DNA of 64,000 nt, taken from an uncultured Spirochaetota bacterium. GTDB lineage: Bacteria; Spirochaetota; UBA4802; UBA5550. The stretch covers positions 704,001-768,000 of the forward strand of contig CAWHAA010000005.1 of assembly GCA_963827275.1 (NCBI GenBank). The letters run 5' to 3'. How positions within the stretch are numbered: the first letter of the stretch is position 1; the number at the start of each line of letters is the position of its first letter. A program made the position numbers and the translations under genes. A model generated the notes under the pieces. The model was not told the DNA's origin and ran no database searches. It was given only the letters and a program-made list of their open reading frames with translations. Of the stretch, positions 21,316 through 31,727 are shown in pieces.

Positions 21316-22401
21316 ATGCCGACACAAGCCTACCTGATACTTGAAGACGGAATGGAATTCGAAGGGGCCCTGTTCGGATACGGGGGGGACGCCATCGGCG
21401 AGGTCGTTTTCAACACCTCCATGAGCGGCTACCAGGAGGTCCTCACCGACCCTTCCTACAGCGGCCAGATCATCGCCATGACCTATCCCATGATCGGGAA
21501 CTACGGCGTAAACGGGGAAGACGTGGAATCCGACCGCGTCCAGGCCGCCGGTTTCGTGGTCAAGGAATACAGCAAGAGCTACTCCAATTTCAGGGCGACC
21601 GGATCACTGTCGGACTACCTCGTGCGCGAGAAGATCCCGGCCATCGAGGGGATCGACACGCGGAAGCTCACCCTCCACATACGGGACAAGGGGGCGCTGC
21701 GCGGCGGCATCTTCCTCGACCGGAAGGGCGCGGTCGACCGGCTCCTGGCGCACCCGAAGATGGAGGGCCTCGACCTGGCGTCGGGCGTTTCCTGCAAAAA
21801 GCCGTACGATTTCGGCGCGATCGACCCGTCCCTGCCGCTGGTCGGCGTGTACGATTTCGGCGTGAAGACCAACATCCTGCGGCTCCTGGCCGCGTCCGGA
21901 TTTTCCGTGCGGGTCTATCCGTCGAGCACGCCGCTGGAAAAGGTCCTGGGCGACGGCGCGAAGGGCATCTTCCTTTCAAACGGTCCCGGCGACCCGGACG
22001 TGGTGCCCGGCGGCAGGGAGCTCGTCCGCGGCGTGATGGACAAGGGGGTCCCCTGCTTCGGGATCTGCCTGGGGCACCAGATCATCGGCCTGGGGCTCGG
22101 CGGCCGCACCTACAAGCTCAAGTTCGGCCACCGCGGCGCGAACCAGCCGGTGAAGAACCTGTGCGACCGGCGCCGTTGAAATCACGTCGCAGAACCACGG
22201 GTTCGCGGTCGACTTCGAGACTCGCTCAAAGACAATCCCGGCGTGGAGCTGACCCACCTCAACCTGAACGACCGTACGGTCGAGGGGCTCCGCCACCGCG
22301 ACCTTCCCCTCTTCAGCGTGCAGTACCACCCCGAGTCGAACCCGGGCCCCCAGGATTCGCGCTATCTCTTCGGCCAGTTCAGGAAAATGATAGCAGACTG
22401 A
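21316..22401 (+). CDS. carA: carbamoyl-phosphate synthase small subunit (apparent frameshifts near 22165-22230)
   Basis: [51 protein letters not shown] and SVQYHPE continue in other frames to TGA at 22401. Confidence 0.95.
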
Positions 22402-22419
22402 GGCGGGCCGCGCCGCGCG

Positions 22420-23268
22420 TCATTCCGCCGCAAGCTCCCTGAGCGTCACTATCAGCATGTCGATCTTTCCGACCGCGTGTCTCCTCTGTTCCGGGGTCAC
22501 CAGGTCGCGATCGAAACGAAGGAATTCCCGGGTCAATCTGCGGTCGCGCAGCTCCGCCGGTTTCCGATAATAATCGGGAAACGATTGTTCCGGGTTGAGC
22601 GCGAGCTTCCCCAGAAAGGACTTGATGGCACGCCGGTCAGGCCCGCTCCTGAGCAGGGCGATAAACTCCGTACTGCGGTCGCGGAACAGCCGCATTCTCA
22701 GCGGCCCGGTCTCCTCCAGGCCGCGCACCACGCGGGTTATCTCCTCGGTCTGCCGGTCGCTCAGCCCGCCATAGATGAACTCCATGATCCGCGCCGTGCT
22801 TTTCGCTTCCTCCCGGACCCGTTCCTCACGGTCCGCTGGCGCCTTCTTCTCGATCGCGGCAATACGCTGGCCCATGCGCTGTTCAAGCCGGTTGACCTGC
22901 TTTTCGTCGAGGGTGACGAGAAACGCCGTGACATCATCCGCAATCTCTCCAAAAAAATCGGCCTCGTGGCGCCGGTACCGCGCCTGCGCCCACCCGGCGT
23001 CCGCTTCCCGCAGGCCGCGGCGCATGCGCTCCCGCAGGCCCTGCAGGGTCGCGGCGTATTTCAACAGCTCCGACCGCCGGTGCCAGAGGGAGTACGAAGC
23101 TATTTTTTCCCTGAGAAAACGGTCCTGGTCAGCTGTCGGCTCAATATACCAGGTAACGGCCCGGTACATGAACGTATCCATCGAGTTATAGAGCAGGCGG
23201 TAGACCGATTTTTCGCACCCGGTTGCCAGGATAAGCAGGGCGATAAGCGCGGGGATATATCTTTTCAT
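22420..23268 (-). CDS. lipoprotein (DUF6279-like)
   Basis: lipobox ATGC, YN..D, WHRRSEL..Y, TPEQRRH. Confidence 0.75.
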   Translation of the reverse strand: MKRYIPALIALLILATGCEKSVYRLLYNSMDTFMYRAVTWYIEPTADQDRFLREKIASYSLWHRRSELLKYAATLQGLRERMRRGLREADAGWAQARYRRHEADFFGEIADDVTAFLVTLDEKQVNRLEQRMGQRIAAIEKKAPADREERVREEAKSTARIMEFIYGGLSDRQTEEITRVVRGLEETGPLRMRLFRDRSTEFIALLRSGPDRRAIKSFLGKLALNPEQSFPDYYRKPAELRDRRLTREFLRFDRDLVTPEQRRHAVGKIDMLIVTLRELAAE

Positions 23269-23526
23269 TGCACGTCTCCGGTAAAGGCCGCCGGCAAGGG
23301 CTGGAAGGCCCCGCAGGCAGGCATGTGTATGAGACAATCAGACAGGCGTTTTTGTTTCAATTCATTTCTACAACCATTGTGCCCTGGCCCCTGTGCCGGC
23401 ACCCGACGGGATGAATTTCTCTTCCGGGCAAACGTTCCTGGCGATGATCATGTGTCAGGAATGCGACCGTGTCGCCATCCGCCCCTCCAGGTCATGACGC
23501 ACGGCGGGAGGATGCGTAGAAATATT

Positions 23527-23553
23527 AAAAGCCCGGCATTGCGCCGGGCTTTT
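23527..23553. terminator. bidirectional intrinsic terminator
   Basis: AAAAGCCCGGC-ATTGC-GCCGGGCTTTT. Confidence 0.85.
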
Positions 23554-23579
23554 AGCATCTGGGAAATGCCGCTATTGTG

Positions 23580-24533
23580 TTACAGGGTATTCACGCTGGG
23601 CGGGGGCGACGACGGCCCATCATCCCTGCTTTCTTCCGATTTTTTCCTTTCTACCTGTTTGGGGAGCAATTTTTCCTTCTCAGGCTTACCGCGCAGCTCC
23701 CTTTCCCGGAGCTGCCTGTCGCGGAGCAGCTTCATGGCACGCTCTTTTTCCTGTTTCTCTTTTTCTATCTTCTCCCGCTCCTGTTTCTCTTTATCACGCT
23801 CCGCAGAATCGTCCGGGCCAAGCACTTTTTCCTTCACTTCCTTCCGGGCCTCGACATTCAGCTTCTCGATAATTTCCGGCCTGATGTCTTTGACCTCTTC
23901 CCGGATCGCTTTCGCCTCCTCCGGTTTGAGCTCGGTCACCGTGAGCCCCTTTTTCTCGTCAACCGCCTCCTTCACCGCCTTCTCGTCAAGCTCAACGGTC
24001 TGGTTCGTCTCCACGGTCGTCTCAACGGACGCGACGACGGCATTGTTCTGCACCGGGTTCACTCTCACCGCTCCGGTGACAACGTCAAGCCGCATGGCCT
24101 TCTCATCCGCCGTTATCCTGAAGGTGGTGCCGCGCACCGCAGCGACCGCCGTCCCCGTTTTTACGCGGAACTCGCCTTTTTTCAGCCTGGCGAGCGTCAC
24201 GTTCATCCTGCCGGAGGACATGTCGATCTGGGTGTCGCCGGTTGCCTGGTCCATCAATGAAGCCATGGCTATAGTGGAGCCCGGCTGTATGCGTATGATG
24301 CCAGCGGTGCCGAACAGGACATCGGCGATTGAATTGTCCCCGGTCCGAATGCTGTCGCCGGCCGAAAGGATATCTCCCACTGAAGCCCGCTTTTCAACGG
24401 CATTCGCGGTTATTGTGACCTCGCCGACGGTGCTGTAGACTTTGACGGTCCGGTCGGGGTCTTCCTTTTTACAGCCCGCCATTGCGGTGCAGATGGCAAG
24501 GCAGATAACGGCTGACGAGAATAGGTGCTTCAT
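23580..24533 (-). CDS. FecR-domain lipoprotein with charged tail
   Basis: lipobox MAGC, GDSIRTG, VKTGTAVAAVRGTTF. Confidence 0.85.
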   Translation of the reverse strand: MKHLFSSAVICLAICTAMAGCKKEDPDRTVKVYSTVGEVTITANAVEKRASVGDILSAGDSIRTGDNSIADVLFGTAGIIRIQPGSTIAMASLMDQATGDTQIDMSSGRMNVTLARLKKGEFRVKTGTAVAAVRGTTFRITADEKAMRLDVVTGAVRVNPVQNNAVVASVETTVETNQTVELDEKAVKEAVDEKKGLTVTELKPEEAKAIREEVKDIRPEIIEKLNVEARKEVKEKVLGPDDSAERDKEKQEREKIEKEKQEKERAMKLLRDRQLRERELRGKPEKEKLLPKQVERKKSEESRDDGPSSPPPSVNTL

Positions 24534-24589
24534 GGTTTCCTCCGGAAAAATATTTGCACGGGGTATAATAGAAATCACCCTGTTTATGC

Positions 24590-25540
24590 TCAACTCTTTT
24601 TGCCAATATGGAACGTGTATATGGCGGACATGGTGATGCCGAAAAAGTGGTCGTATTTCCCGTCAATGATGTTCATGGCTACATCATTATAAAACAGATT
24701 GTTGTAGCGCTGCCTGTTAAACAGGATCTGGTACCTGCCGCCGAGCGATATCGAGGTGTTGATTTTTTTGATATTATAGGCGAAGGAGAGCGACGCGCTC
24801 CCGCCGTAGGAAAAATACCTGCCCTTTTGCTGGACGACGGGCAGCGGGATGAATGACCCGTTGCTCACGGCGCATGATTTCGATCTGTTGATATTAATGC
24901 TTTCGAACGACCAGAGCACCAGGCCGGAAGCGCTCATCATGAGATAAAAATCCGCGCCGAGCGGGATGGTCAGCCCCAGGCCGAGGCCGCCGCCGTAGGC
25001 CCTCACATAATCGACGAGCACCCTCCGGATAAACATGGGGTCCCCCGGCAGAAAATCATCGAGGCGCTCCTCATACCGGTACCCCTGCCACTTGAATCCC
25101 GCGAAGATCTTCACCATCCTGTGCACCGCGCACCCGATCGAGGTGTCGCTGTCCCACTTGAGAATGTCCCGCGTGTATTTTTTATAGGACGGGGACATGC
25201 GAAATTCATTCGGGTTGAGACTCGCGTTCCAGGCCAACCCGCGGGTTGAAGACTGGAACCTTCCGATGGTGAACACGGTCTGGATGGACCACCGCTGAAG
25301 GAAGCCGATTGAAAGCACCGGGCCCGCCATGGCATTCGAGGCCGGCTTGAAATCACGTGAATTTTCGACATACAACCCCGGCTGTGGTGTAAAAATTGTG
25401 CTGGTTGACTTCGCGTCAGACCATGCCGGCGCCCACCAGGCGTACCAGGCGGTCCCGCCGATGCTCAGGTCAACCGCCGCGAAGGAAGATGCAGTTTGCA
25501 GAAAGAAGATGATACCCAGCGAAATCCCGAACTTTTTCAT
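24590..25540 (-). CDS. hypothetical outer-membrane beta-barrel protein
   Basis: signal peptide, amphipathic aromatic-rich strands, C-terminal AIYTF. Confidence 0.7.
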   Translation of the reverse strand: MKKFGISLGIIFFLQTASSFAAVDLSIGGTAWYAWWAPAWSDAKSTSTIFTPQPGLYVENSRDFKPASNAMAGPVLSIGFLQRWSIQTVFTIGRFQSSTRGLAWNASLNPNEFRMSPSYKKYTRDILKWDSDTSIGCAVHRMVKIFAGFKWQGYRYEERLDDFLPGDPMFIRRVLVDYVRAYGGGLGLGLTIPLGADFYLMMSASGLVLWSFESININRSKSCAVSNGSFIPLPVVQQKGRYFSYGGSASLSFAYNIKKINTSISLGGRYQILFNRQRYNNLFYNDVAMNIIDGKYDHFFGITMSAIYTFHIGKKS

Positions 25541-25804
25541 CTGTCGCACCGCCCATTTGAGTTATCTGGTCATGCATGAAACCATGCAGCGGCCTCAATC
25601 CCCGCTATCCGGAGTGGAATGTGCATAGAGCGGAGAAAATCGCGCCGACAAAGTGATCGTACTGCCTATCGATATAGTAACAATAATAACAGTCATGTCA
25701 ATACATAAACGGCGCGGGCTATTCCTTCGCGGCAGGTCCGCTAACGTGTGCTGATCCGGCTCGCTGAGCGGTTGTGCCGGTTGTTGCCGCAAGGGCGTAT
25801 GGTT

Positions 25805-26899
25805 TCATTTCGCTGCGCCTCCCGTCCTGATGACATGCACCGACGTGGCCTTGAAGGAGGCGGTGAGGGCGAGCCCTTCGCGGATGCCCATCTCCTCCAC
25901 GGAGCGGTTGGTGACATACGCCACCAGGGTAAACCCGCAGTCGAGGTATACTTTCCGGAAGAAACCGGCCGGCACCGTTCTGGTGACCGTGCCCGGAAAC
26001 GCGTTCCGCGCGCTCGACTCGGGACGGTTCAGCGAAAGGACGATATTCTCGGGATGCACGCAGAAGGTCACGGCGCCGCCCGGGACCTCGTCGCCGGCCG
26101 CCTCGACCGGGACGCCCTGCACCGACACGGTGAAGGTGCCGCCGCCCGAGCCGGTGACGGTCCCCGCGAGCACGGTCTCGGCGCCCATGAAGGACGCGAC
26201 GAACTCGCTGGCCGGGTACTGCGTGATCTCGCCCGGCGCGCCCGCCTGCACGATCGCGCCCCCGTTCATCACGAGGATCTGGTCCGCGAGGCGGAGCGCC
26301 TCGCCCCGGTCATGGGTGGTGAACAGGGCGGTGATCCCGCGCGCCCTGATGATGCGCTCGAGGTCGGCGATCAGCGACTCGCGGGTCGGCGCGTCAAGCG
26401 AGGAGAACGGCTCGTCCATGAGGAGGAGCTCGGGGCCCGCCGCGAGCGCCCGCGCCAGGTTGACGCGCTGTGCCTCGCCGCCGGAGAGCGCCCCGGCGTG
26501 CCGCTTCGCCAGGTGGGTTATTTTCAGAAGGCGCAGGCTCTCTTCCACCGCCGCTCGCGTCTCCTTCGTTCCCATCCCCCGCAACCTCGGGCCGGAGGCA
26601 ATGTTGTTATACACCGACGCGCTGAACAGGAGCGGCTCCTGGAACACCAGCGCCATCCTTCTCCGCAGCAGGTGGATTGATTTCCCGGGAAGGATTTTTT
26701 CCCCCCGGTACAGGACCTCTCCCGCGTCGGGCCGCACCAGGCGCATGAGCGAGAGGAGGAGCGTTGATTTGCCCGCGCCGTTGGGCCCGATGATTGAAAC
26801 GATCCGCCCCTCCCCGATTTCAAGCGACGGGACGTCCAGGGCCGGCATGCCGTTCCTGACGACGAGCAGGCCGCGGACCTCTACCAGGGGCGCGCTCAT
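25805..26899 (-). CDS. tupC: tungstate ABC transporter ATPase with C-terminal TOBE domain
   Basis: GPNGAGKST, LSGGE, DEPF; SSARN...FKATSV TOBE; ATG overlaps the tupB stop. Confidence 0.9.
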   Translation of the reverse strand: MSAPLVEVRGLLVVRNGMPALDVPSLEIGEGRIVSIIGPNGAGKSTLLLSLMRLVRPDAGEVLYRGEKILPGKSIHLLRRRMALVFQEPLLFSASVYNNIASGPRLRGMGTKETRAAVEESLRLLKITHLAKRHAGALSGGEAQRVNLARALAAGPELLLMDEPFSSLDAPTRESLIADLERIIRARGITALFTTHDRGEALRLADQILVMNGGAIVQAGAPGEITQYPASEFVASFMGAETVLAGTVTGSGGGTFTVSVQGVPVEAAGDEVPGGAVTFCVHPENIVLSLNRPESSARNAFPGTVTRTVPAGFFRKVYLDCGFTLVAYVTNRSVEEMGIREGLALTASFKATSVHVIRTGGAAK

Positions 26900-27591
26900 T
26901 TCCCCCTCCGCTGCTGCACCGCGGTCAGGACATAGTTGACCGCGAAGGCCAGCACCAGCAGGATAACGCCCAGGGCGATCGCCACGTCGAAGCTGCCCCT
27001 TCCCGTCTCCATCACCGTCGCGGTGGTCAGCACGCGGGTGTAGCCTTTTATATTTCCCCCCACCATGATCGACGCGCCGACCTCGGAGATGACGCCGCCG
27101 AAGCCGGCCATGACCGCGGTGAGCAGGGGCAGGCGCGCCTCCTTCATGAGGAGCCATACCATCTGCCGCCGCGTGGCGCCCAGCGCCAGTATCTGGAGGC
27201 GGAGCTTGCCCGGCAGGCGCTGCATCGCCGCGAGCGAGACCCCGGTGATGATGGGCGCCGCGATCACGGTCTGCGCGAGCACCATGGCCGCCGGCGTATA
27301 GAGGAGCCCGAGCGAGCCGAGGGGCCCGCTCCGCCAGATGAAGATGGTCACGAAAAGCCCCACCACGACCGGGGGAAGCCCCATGCCCGTGTTGACCATG
27401 CTGATGACGAAGCGCCTGCCGGGGAAGCGCGTGAGCGCGACCGCCGTGCCGGCGCCCACGCCGATAACGGTGCTGACCAGCGTCGCCGCCCCGGATATCT
27501 TGAGGGTGAGGAGCGTGACCTCCATGACCTCCCGGTCCCCGGAGGCGAGCAGCCGAAACGCCTCGATGATGCCGTTGAATATGAGTTCCAT
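26896..27591 (-). CDS. tupB: tungstate ABC transporter permease
   Basis: GLPPVVVGL, ISEVGA..VGGNIKGYTRVLTTA. Confidence 0.95.
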   Translation of the reverse strand: MELIFNGIIEAFRLLASGDREVMEVTLLTLKISGAATLVSTVIGVGAGTAVALTRFPGRRFVISMVNTGMGLPPVVVGLFVTIFIWRSGPLGSLGLLYTPAAMVLAQTVIAAPIITGVSLAAMQRLPGKLRLQILALGATRRQMVWLLMKEARLPLLTAVMAGFGGVISEVGASIMVGGNIKGYTRVLTTATVMETGRGSFDVAIALGVILLVLAFAVNYVLTAVQQRRGK

Positions 27592-27609
27592 TAATACATC
27601 CTGTTACGA

Positions 27610-27694
27610 CCCCCCTGTCCCCCGGAGGGGGCACGAGGGGAACGTTCCTTCACGCCCCCTTCGGGACGCCCCCCTGTCCCCCGCAGGGGGCACG
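27610..27694. repeat. two REP-like hairpin copies between tupA and tupB
   Basis: CCCCCCTGTCCCCCG(G/C)AGGGGGCACG at 27610-27635 and 27669-27694. Confidence 0.85.
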
Positions 27695-27726
27695 CGGGAT
27701 GGGCGCCTCCGAACAGGGAAGGAGGC

Positions 27727-28551
27727 TTACTTCAGCGCGTCCGGGAAAAAAAGCACCGCGCCGTATTTTTTTATCCCGAAGTCCTTTATCATCTTCTGCG
27801 TATCGGCGGCCACCCAGAAATCGGCGAATGCCTTTCCCCCCGCCGCGTTGGTCTTCGGAAATTTTTTCGCGTTCACTTCTATGACATGGTAGATGTTCAG
27901 GAGTGCCCCGTCGCCTTCGACGAGCACCGCGACGTCAATTTTGTTCTTCCGCGACAGGTAGGTCGCGCGGTCGCAAAGGGTGTAGCCTTTTTTTTCAACG
28001 ACCACGGCCAGCGTCTGGCCCATACCGAGCCCGGTCTGCTGGTACCATTGTTCCCGTTCCGGGTCAAGCCCCGCCTTCTTCCAGAGCTTCAGCTCCATCA
28101 CGTGGGTGCCAGACCGGTCGCCCCGGGAAATGAAGAGCGATTTCGATGCCGCGATCTTTTTGAACGCCCCGGTTGCGGTTTTGAGGCCCCTGATCTTCGC
28201 CGGATCGTCCTTCGGTCCCAGTATCACGAAATCGTTATGCATGACGATTCGCCGGTTCACGCCGAAGCCCTTTTTGATGAACTTCTCTTCAGCGTCCTTC
28301 GAATGCACAAGGAGAACGTCCGCCTCGCCCCGCTCGCCCATCGCCATGGCCTGGCCGGAGCCCACCGCGATCGTCTTGACCCGGTACCCGCTCTTTTTCT
28401 CGAACACGGGTATCAGCACGTCCAGCAGTCCCGTGTCCTGGGTGCTGGTGGTGGTGGCGAAGATGATGTCCTTCTGCTTCGCGTCGGCCTGGTGTGCGGC
28501 CAGGACCGCAAAAACAAGCACCGATAACAATCGGATTGTCATGTGGAACAT
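27727..28551 (-). CDS. tupA: tungstate-binding protein
   Basis: ATTTSTQDTGLL TupA signature, MHNDF, FISRGDRSGTH, GLGMG. Confidence 0.95.
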   Translation of the reverse strand: MFHMTIRLLSVLVFAVLAAHQADAKQKDIIFATTTSTQDTGLLDVLIPVFEKKSGYRVKTIAVGSGQAMAMGERGEADVLLVHSKDAEEKFIKKGFGVNRRIVMHNDFVILGPKDDPAKIRGLKTATGAFKKIAASKSLFISRGDRSGTHVMELKLWKKAGLDPEREQWYQQTGLGMGQTLAVVVEKKGYTLCDRATYLSRKNKIDVAVLVEGDGALLNIYHVIEVNAKKFPKTNAAGGKAFADFWVAADTQKMIKDFGIKKYGAVLFFPDALK

Positions 28552-28742
28552 AGGTTACTCCTTATAATAATATACAAAGGATTAACGGGATCATTATTAT
28601 CAAGCAGATCCTGCAAATCCAGTCAAAATACTGCCAGTATCAAGCATATAGGGATTTCGCCGTACAGATTTTTTTGCATTTTTTTACTTTTTAAGACTTT
28701 TTATTCTTGTAAGAATATTGGTCTATTAAAAAATCTTATAAT

Positions 28743-28803
28743 ATTACAAAATGTTACTATTTTTATCTAATTCCTTGACTGCCGGAAATAGCGTGCATAC
28801 CAT
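28743..28803 (+). promoter_or_regulatory. promoter of the ECF operon with two phased TTAC repeats
   Basis: TTAC at 28744 and 28754; TTGACT (28775)-17 nt-TACCAT (28798). Confidence 0.6.
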
Positions 28804-28883
28804 AACTTTTCAAGAGCGATAATCGTATTAAAACCGGCAAAACAACATGGATATTATTTTAATGTTTTTTATGGTACTCCATC

Positions 28884-29571
28884 ATGATATATATCGGCCT
28901 TGATGACACAGATACGCTGAAATCACGGGGCACGGGGCGCCTTGCCAGAAACATCGCGACGATGCTCTCGTCGGATTTTACCGCTGCTCGGAGTGGTGCG
29001 CCATCAGCTCCTTCAGGATCCGCGTGTTCCCTTCACCAGCCACAACAGCAGCGCCACCATACTGCTGAATGAAAAATGCGATACTGACATTAATATATTA
29101 TTCAAGAGAGTGAAGGCCCTGATGCTGGCCGATTTCCAGGTCGGCAGCGACCCCGGCCTGTGCGTGACGCGCGAGATACCGGACGCGGTCATTGAACACG
29201 GGCGCAATGCCCAGCAGAGGATCGTCACGCAGGCCGAGGCAAGGGAGCTCGCCCGGGAGCATGACATCGCCCTGGAAGGCCTTGGCGGCACCGAAGACGG
29301 CGTCATCGGCGCGCTGGCGTCGGTGGGCCTCACCGCGACCGGCAATGACGGGCGCTATCTCCTGACAGGCAGGGTGCGCGACCTGACAGGGCTCCTCCCG
29401 GTTGAGGCGGTGCTCGACGCGGGGGTGACGGAGGTGCGCACGATGGAGGGAGCGGCGGTCGCCTCGGGCATGGTGCTGTCGGACAAGATCAGGCCGGCGC
29501 GCCGCGGGGGCGCGCCCGTGGCCTATGTCGAATGGCGCGACGACCACTGGGAGCCGCTGAAGCTGAATTGA
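28884..29571 (+). CDS. stand-alone TiaS-like (DDTD) domain protein (apparent frameshift near 28980)
   Basis: IYIGLDDTD, RHQL, TSHNSSA, SDPGLC, GVIGALA; no OB or zinc-ribbon region. Confidence 0.8.
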
Positions 29572-29581
29572 GATACACGGC

Positions 29582-30997
29582 ATGGTACAGATAAACGACC
29601 TAACCTACGCCTACCCCCAGAACGGCAGGGGGATCGGGCCCTACTCCTTCTCGGTGAAGACCGGGGAGATGCTGCACATCACCGGCACCTCCGGCTGCGG
29701 CAAGAGCACGCTGGCGCGCTGCATCACCGGGCTCATCCCCCACATATACACCGGAACGATGCGGGGGCGGGTCCGTGTCGGCGGTCATACAACAGAGGAG
29801 ACCCCGCTCTGGAAGCTCTCGCGGACAGCGGGGTTCGTTTTCCAGAACCCGTCAATGCAGATGCTGGGCAACAGCATCGAGGAAGAGATACTCATCGGGC
29901 TGGAAAACCTCGGCCTTGACCGGGACGCGATGCGGGACCGGATGGAAGAGGCCCTCGGGCATTTCGGCCTCGGCGCGCTGCGCGGCAGGCGCCCCCAGAC
30001 CCTTTCAGGCGGCGAGCAGCAGAAACTGGCGCTGGCGTCCATACTCGCGCGCCGGCCGCCGGTGCTGGTGCTGGACGAGCCTCTTTCAATGCTTGACGTT
30101 GTCGCTGCGTCGGAGCTCGCCGACCACCTGTCGGAGCTCGCGCGCGCCGGGGTGACCGTCATCGTGTTCGAACACCGGGCCGACTACCTTGCGGGAATCC
30201 CCGGGATACGCGTGATGCGCCTTGACCAGGCGACAGCGTCCGAACATGCATTCTTTCCTGCCCCGGGAAGGATCGCGCCCGGACACGCCGCGGGAACGCG
30301 GCTCGACGTATCGGGCCTTGGCGTCAGGGCGGCCGGTAAAGAGCTGCTGAAAAACCTCAGCTTTTCGATTGATCCGGGCGTCATCACCGCGGTGGTCGGC
30401 AGGAACGGGTGCGGAAAGACCACCATGCTCCGCGCGCTGGCCGGCCTGCAGAAACACGACGGGAGCGTGGCCGTTAACGGCAGGCGGCCGGACTTCGGCC
30501 AGGTCTATCAGAACGCCGACCTCCAGCTTTTCAACGCGTCAGTCCGCAGCGAGATACTCTACCGCGTGAAGGACCCGGACATGACCCTCTACGCGTGGCT
30601 CCTGGAGACCCTGCGGCTCAAGCAGTACGAGAACACGCCGCCGCTCATACTGAGCGAGGGCGAGAAAAAGCGCGTGGCCCTGGCCGCGGTGCTGATGCAC
30701 AACCCGGCCGACGGGATACTCCTTGATGAGCCGTCGCTGGGACAGGACATTGCCCACAAAACGATGCTCATGGAGATCTGCCGCGGCCTGGCGGCCCGGG
30801 GGAAGATCATAGTCATGACCACGCATGAACTGCATCTCGCGGCCATGGCGGACCGGCTGCTGCTCCTCGGCCCGGACGGCATCGCCGCCGACGGTACGCC
30901 GGAGAGGGTATTTCTCGACCGCGCCGCGTGGGAGCGGGCGGGGATGTTCGTTCCCGGCTGGATCGCGCCTCCCGGCGAGGAAGGCATCACGGCATGA
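29582..30997 (+). CDS. ECF transporter, fused double ATPase
   Basis: two Walker A motifs (GTSGCGKST, GRNGCGKTT), VFQNP, LSGGE/LSEGE. Confidence 0.92.
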   Translation: MVQINDLTYAYPQNGRGIGPYSFSVKTGEMLHITGTSGCGKSTLARCITGLIPHIYTGTMRGRVRVGGHTTEETPLWKLSRTAGFVFQNPSMQMLGNSIEEEILIGLENLGLDRDAMRDRMEEALGHFGLGALRGRRPQTLSGGEQQKLALASILARRPPVLVLDEPLSMLDVVAASELADHLSELARAGVTVIVFEHRADYLAGIPGIRVMRLDQATASEHAFFPAPGRIAPGHAAGTRLDVSGLGVRAAGKELLKNLSFSIDPGVITAVVGRNGCGKTTMLRALAGLQKHDGSVAVNGRRPDFGQVYQNADLQLFNASVRSEILYRVKDPDMTLYAWLLETLRLKQYENTPPLILSEGEKKRVALAAVLMHNPADGILLDEPSLGQDIAHKTMLMEICRGLAARGKIIVMTTHELHLAAMADRLLLLGPDGIAADGTPERVFLDRAAWERAGMFVPGWIAPPGEEGITA

Positions 30998-31723
30998 TCG
31001 GCGGCTCCACCTACGGCATGACCGGCGCCATCGCGCTCGCGGAGGCTTCGCCCCTGCGCAGGGCGGACCCGCGCACCAAGCTGGCAATCTGCCTGTGCGC
31101 GTCGCTCGCCGTGATGCTCCCCCTTGAAAAGCTTGTTGCCTTTTTCCTCGTATATAGTATATTTATTACATGGGCGCGTCTTCTCCCTGAGGCGGTCCGG
31201 CAGGTCTGGAAGCTCAAATGGATACTGGGCGTGCTCTTCCTGGTTGACTGGATCGTGGTGTCGCCGGAGCTCGCCGTGGCCGTGACACTCAGGCTGGTGC
31301 TGATGGCCGGGGTATTCGCCATGTTCTTTTCCACGACCACGCCGTCCGAGTTGTGCTGCGCCCTGGTATGGCTGCGCGTGCCGTACCGTTACGCGTTCAG
31401 CATCGGCCTCTCCTTCCAGGCCGTGGGCAGCATCGACGATGAATGGCGCGGCATACTGGAGGCGCAGAGGGCCCGCGGCGCGTTCACGGCTCCTTCCGGG
31501 TGGCGCTACCTGACCGCAAAGGTACGGAACCTGGTATGCGCTCACCGTGCCGGCGGTGGTCCTCGCCGCGCGCCGGGCCTGGGCCATGACCGAGGCGGCG
31601 TACGCGCGCGGCTTCGATTCGCCGGACCGGAGCTCATACTCCCGGCTTTCCATGGGGGCGATCGACTGGCTCATCATCGCCGGGGCATGCGTCATCGCCG
31701 CGGCATTAATATTGTGGAGGTAA
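30994..31723 (+). CDS. ecfT: ECF transporter T component (apparent frameshift near 31540)
   Basis: DPRTKL, AQRARG, and a second AYARGF motif in the shifted frame. Confidence 0.88.
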
Positions 31724-31727
31724 CGAC

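Noticed and set aside
22477..24438. 653 aa plus-strand ORF and similar long ORFs (e.g. 55675-57822, 50558-51985)
   Set aside because: Antisense shadows of real genes in GC-rich DNA; no motifs.
28552..28883. Moco/Wco riboswitch or ModE box in the tupA/ECF spacer
   Set aside because: AT-rich with no recognisable aptamer stems or CGTTATATA-type box; only a TATTCTT-GT-AAGAATA palindrome of unknown meaning.
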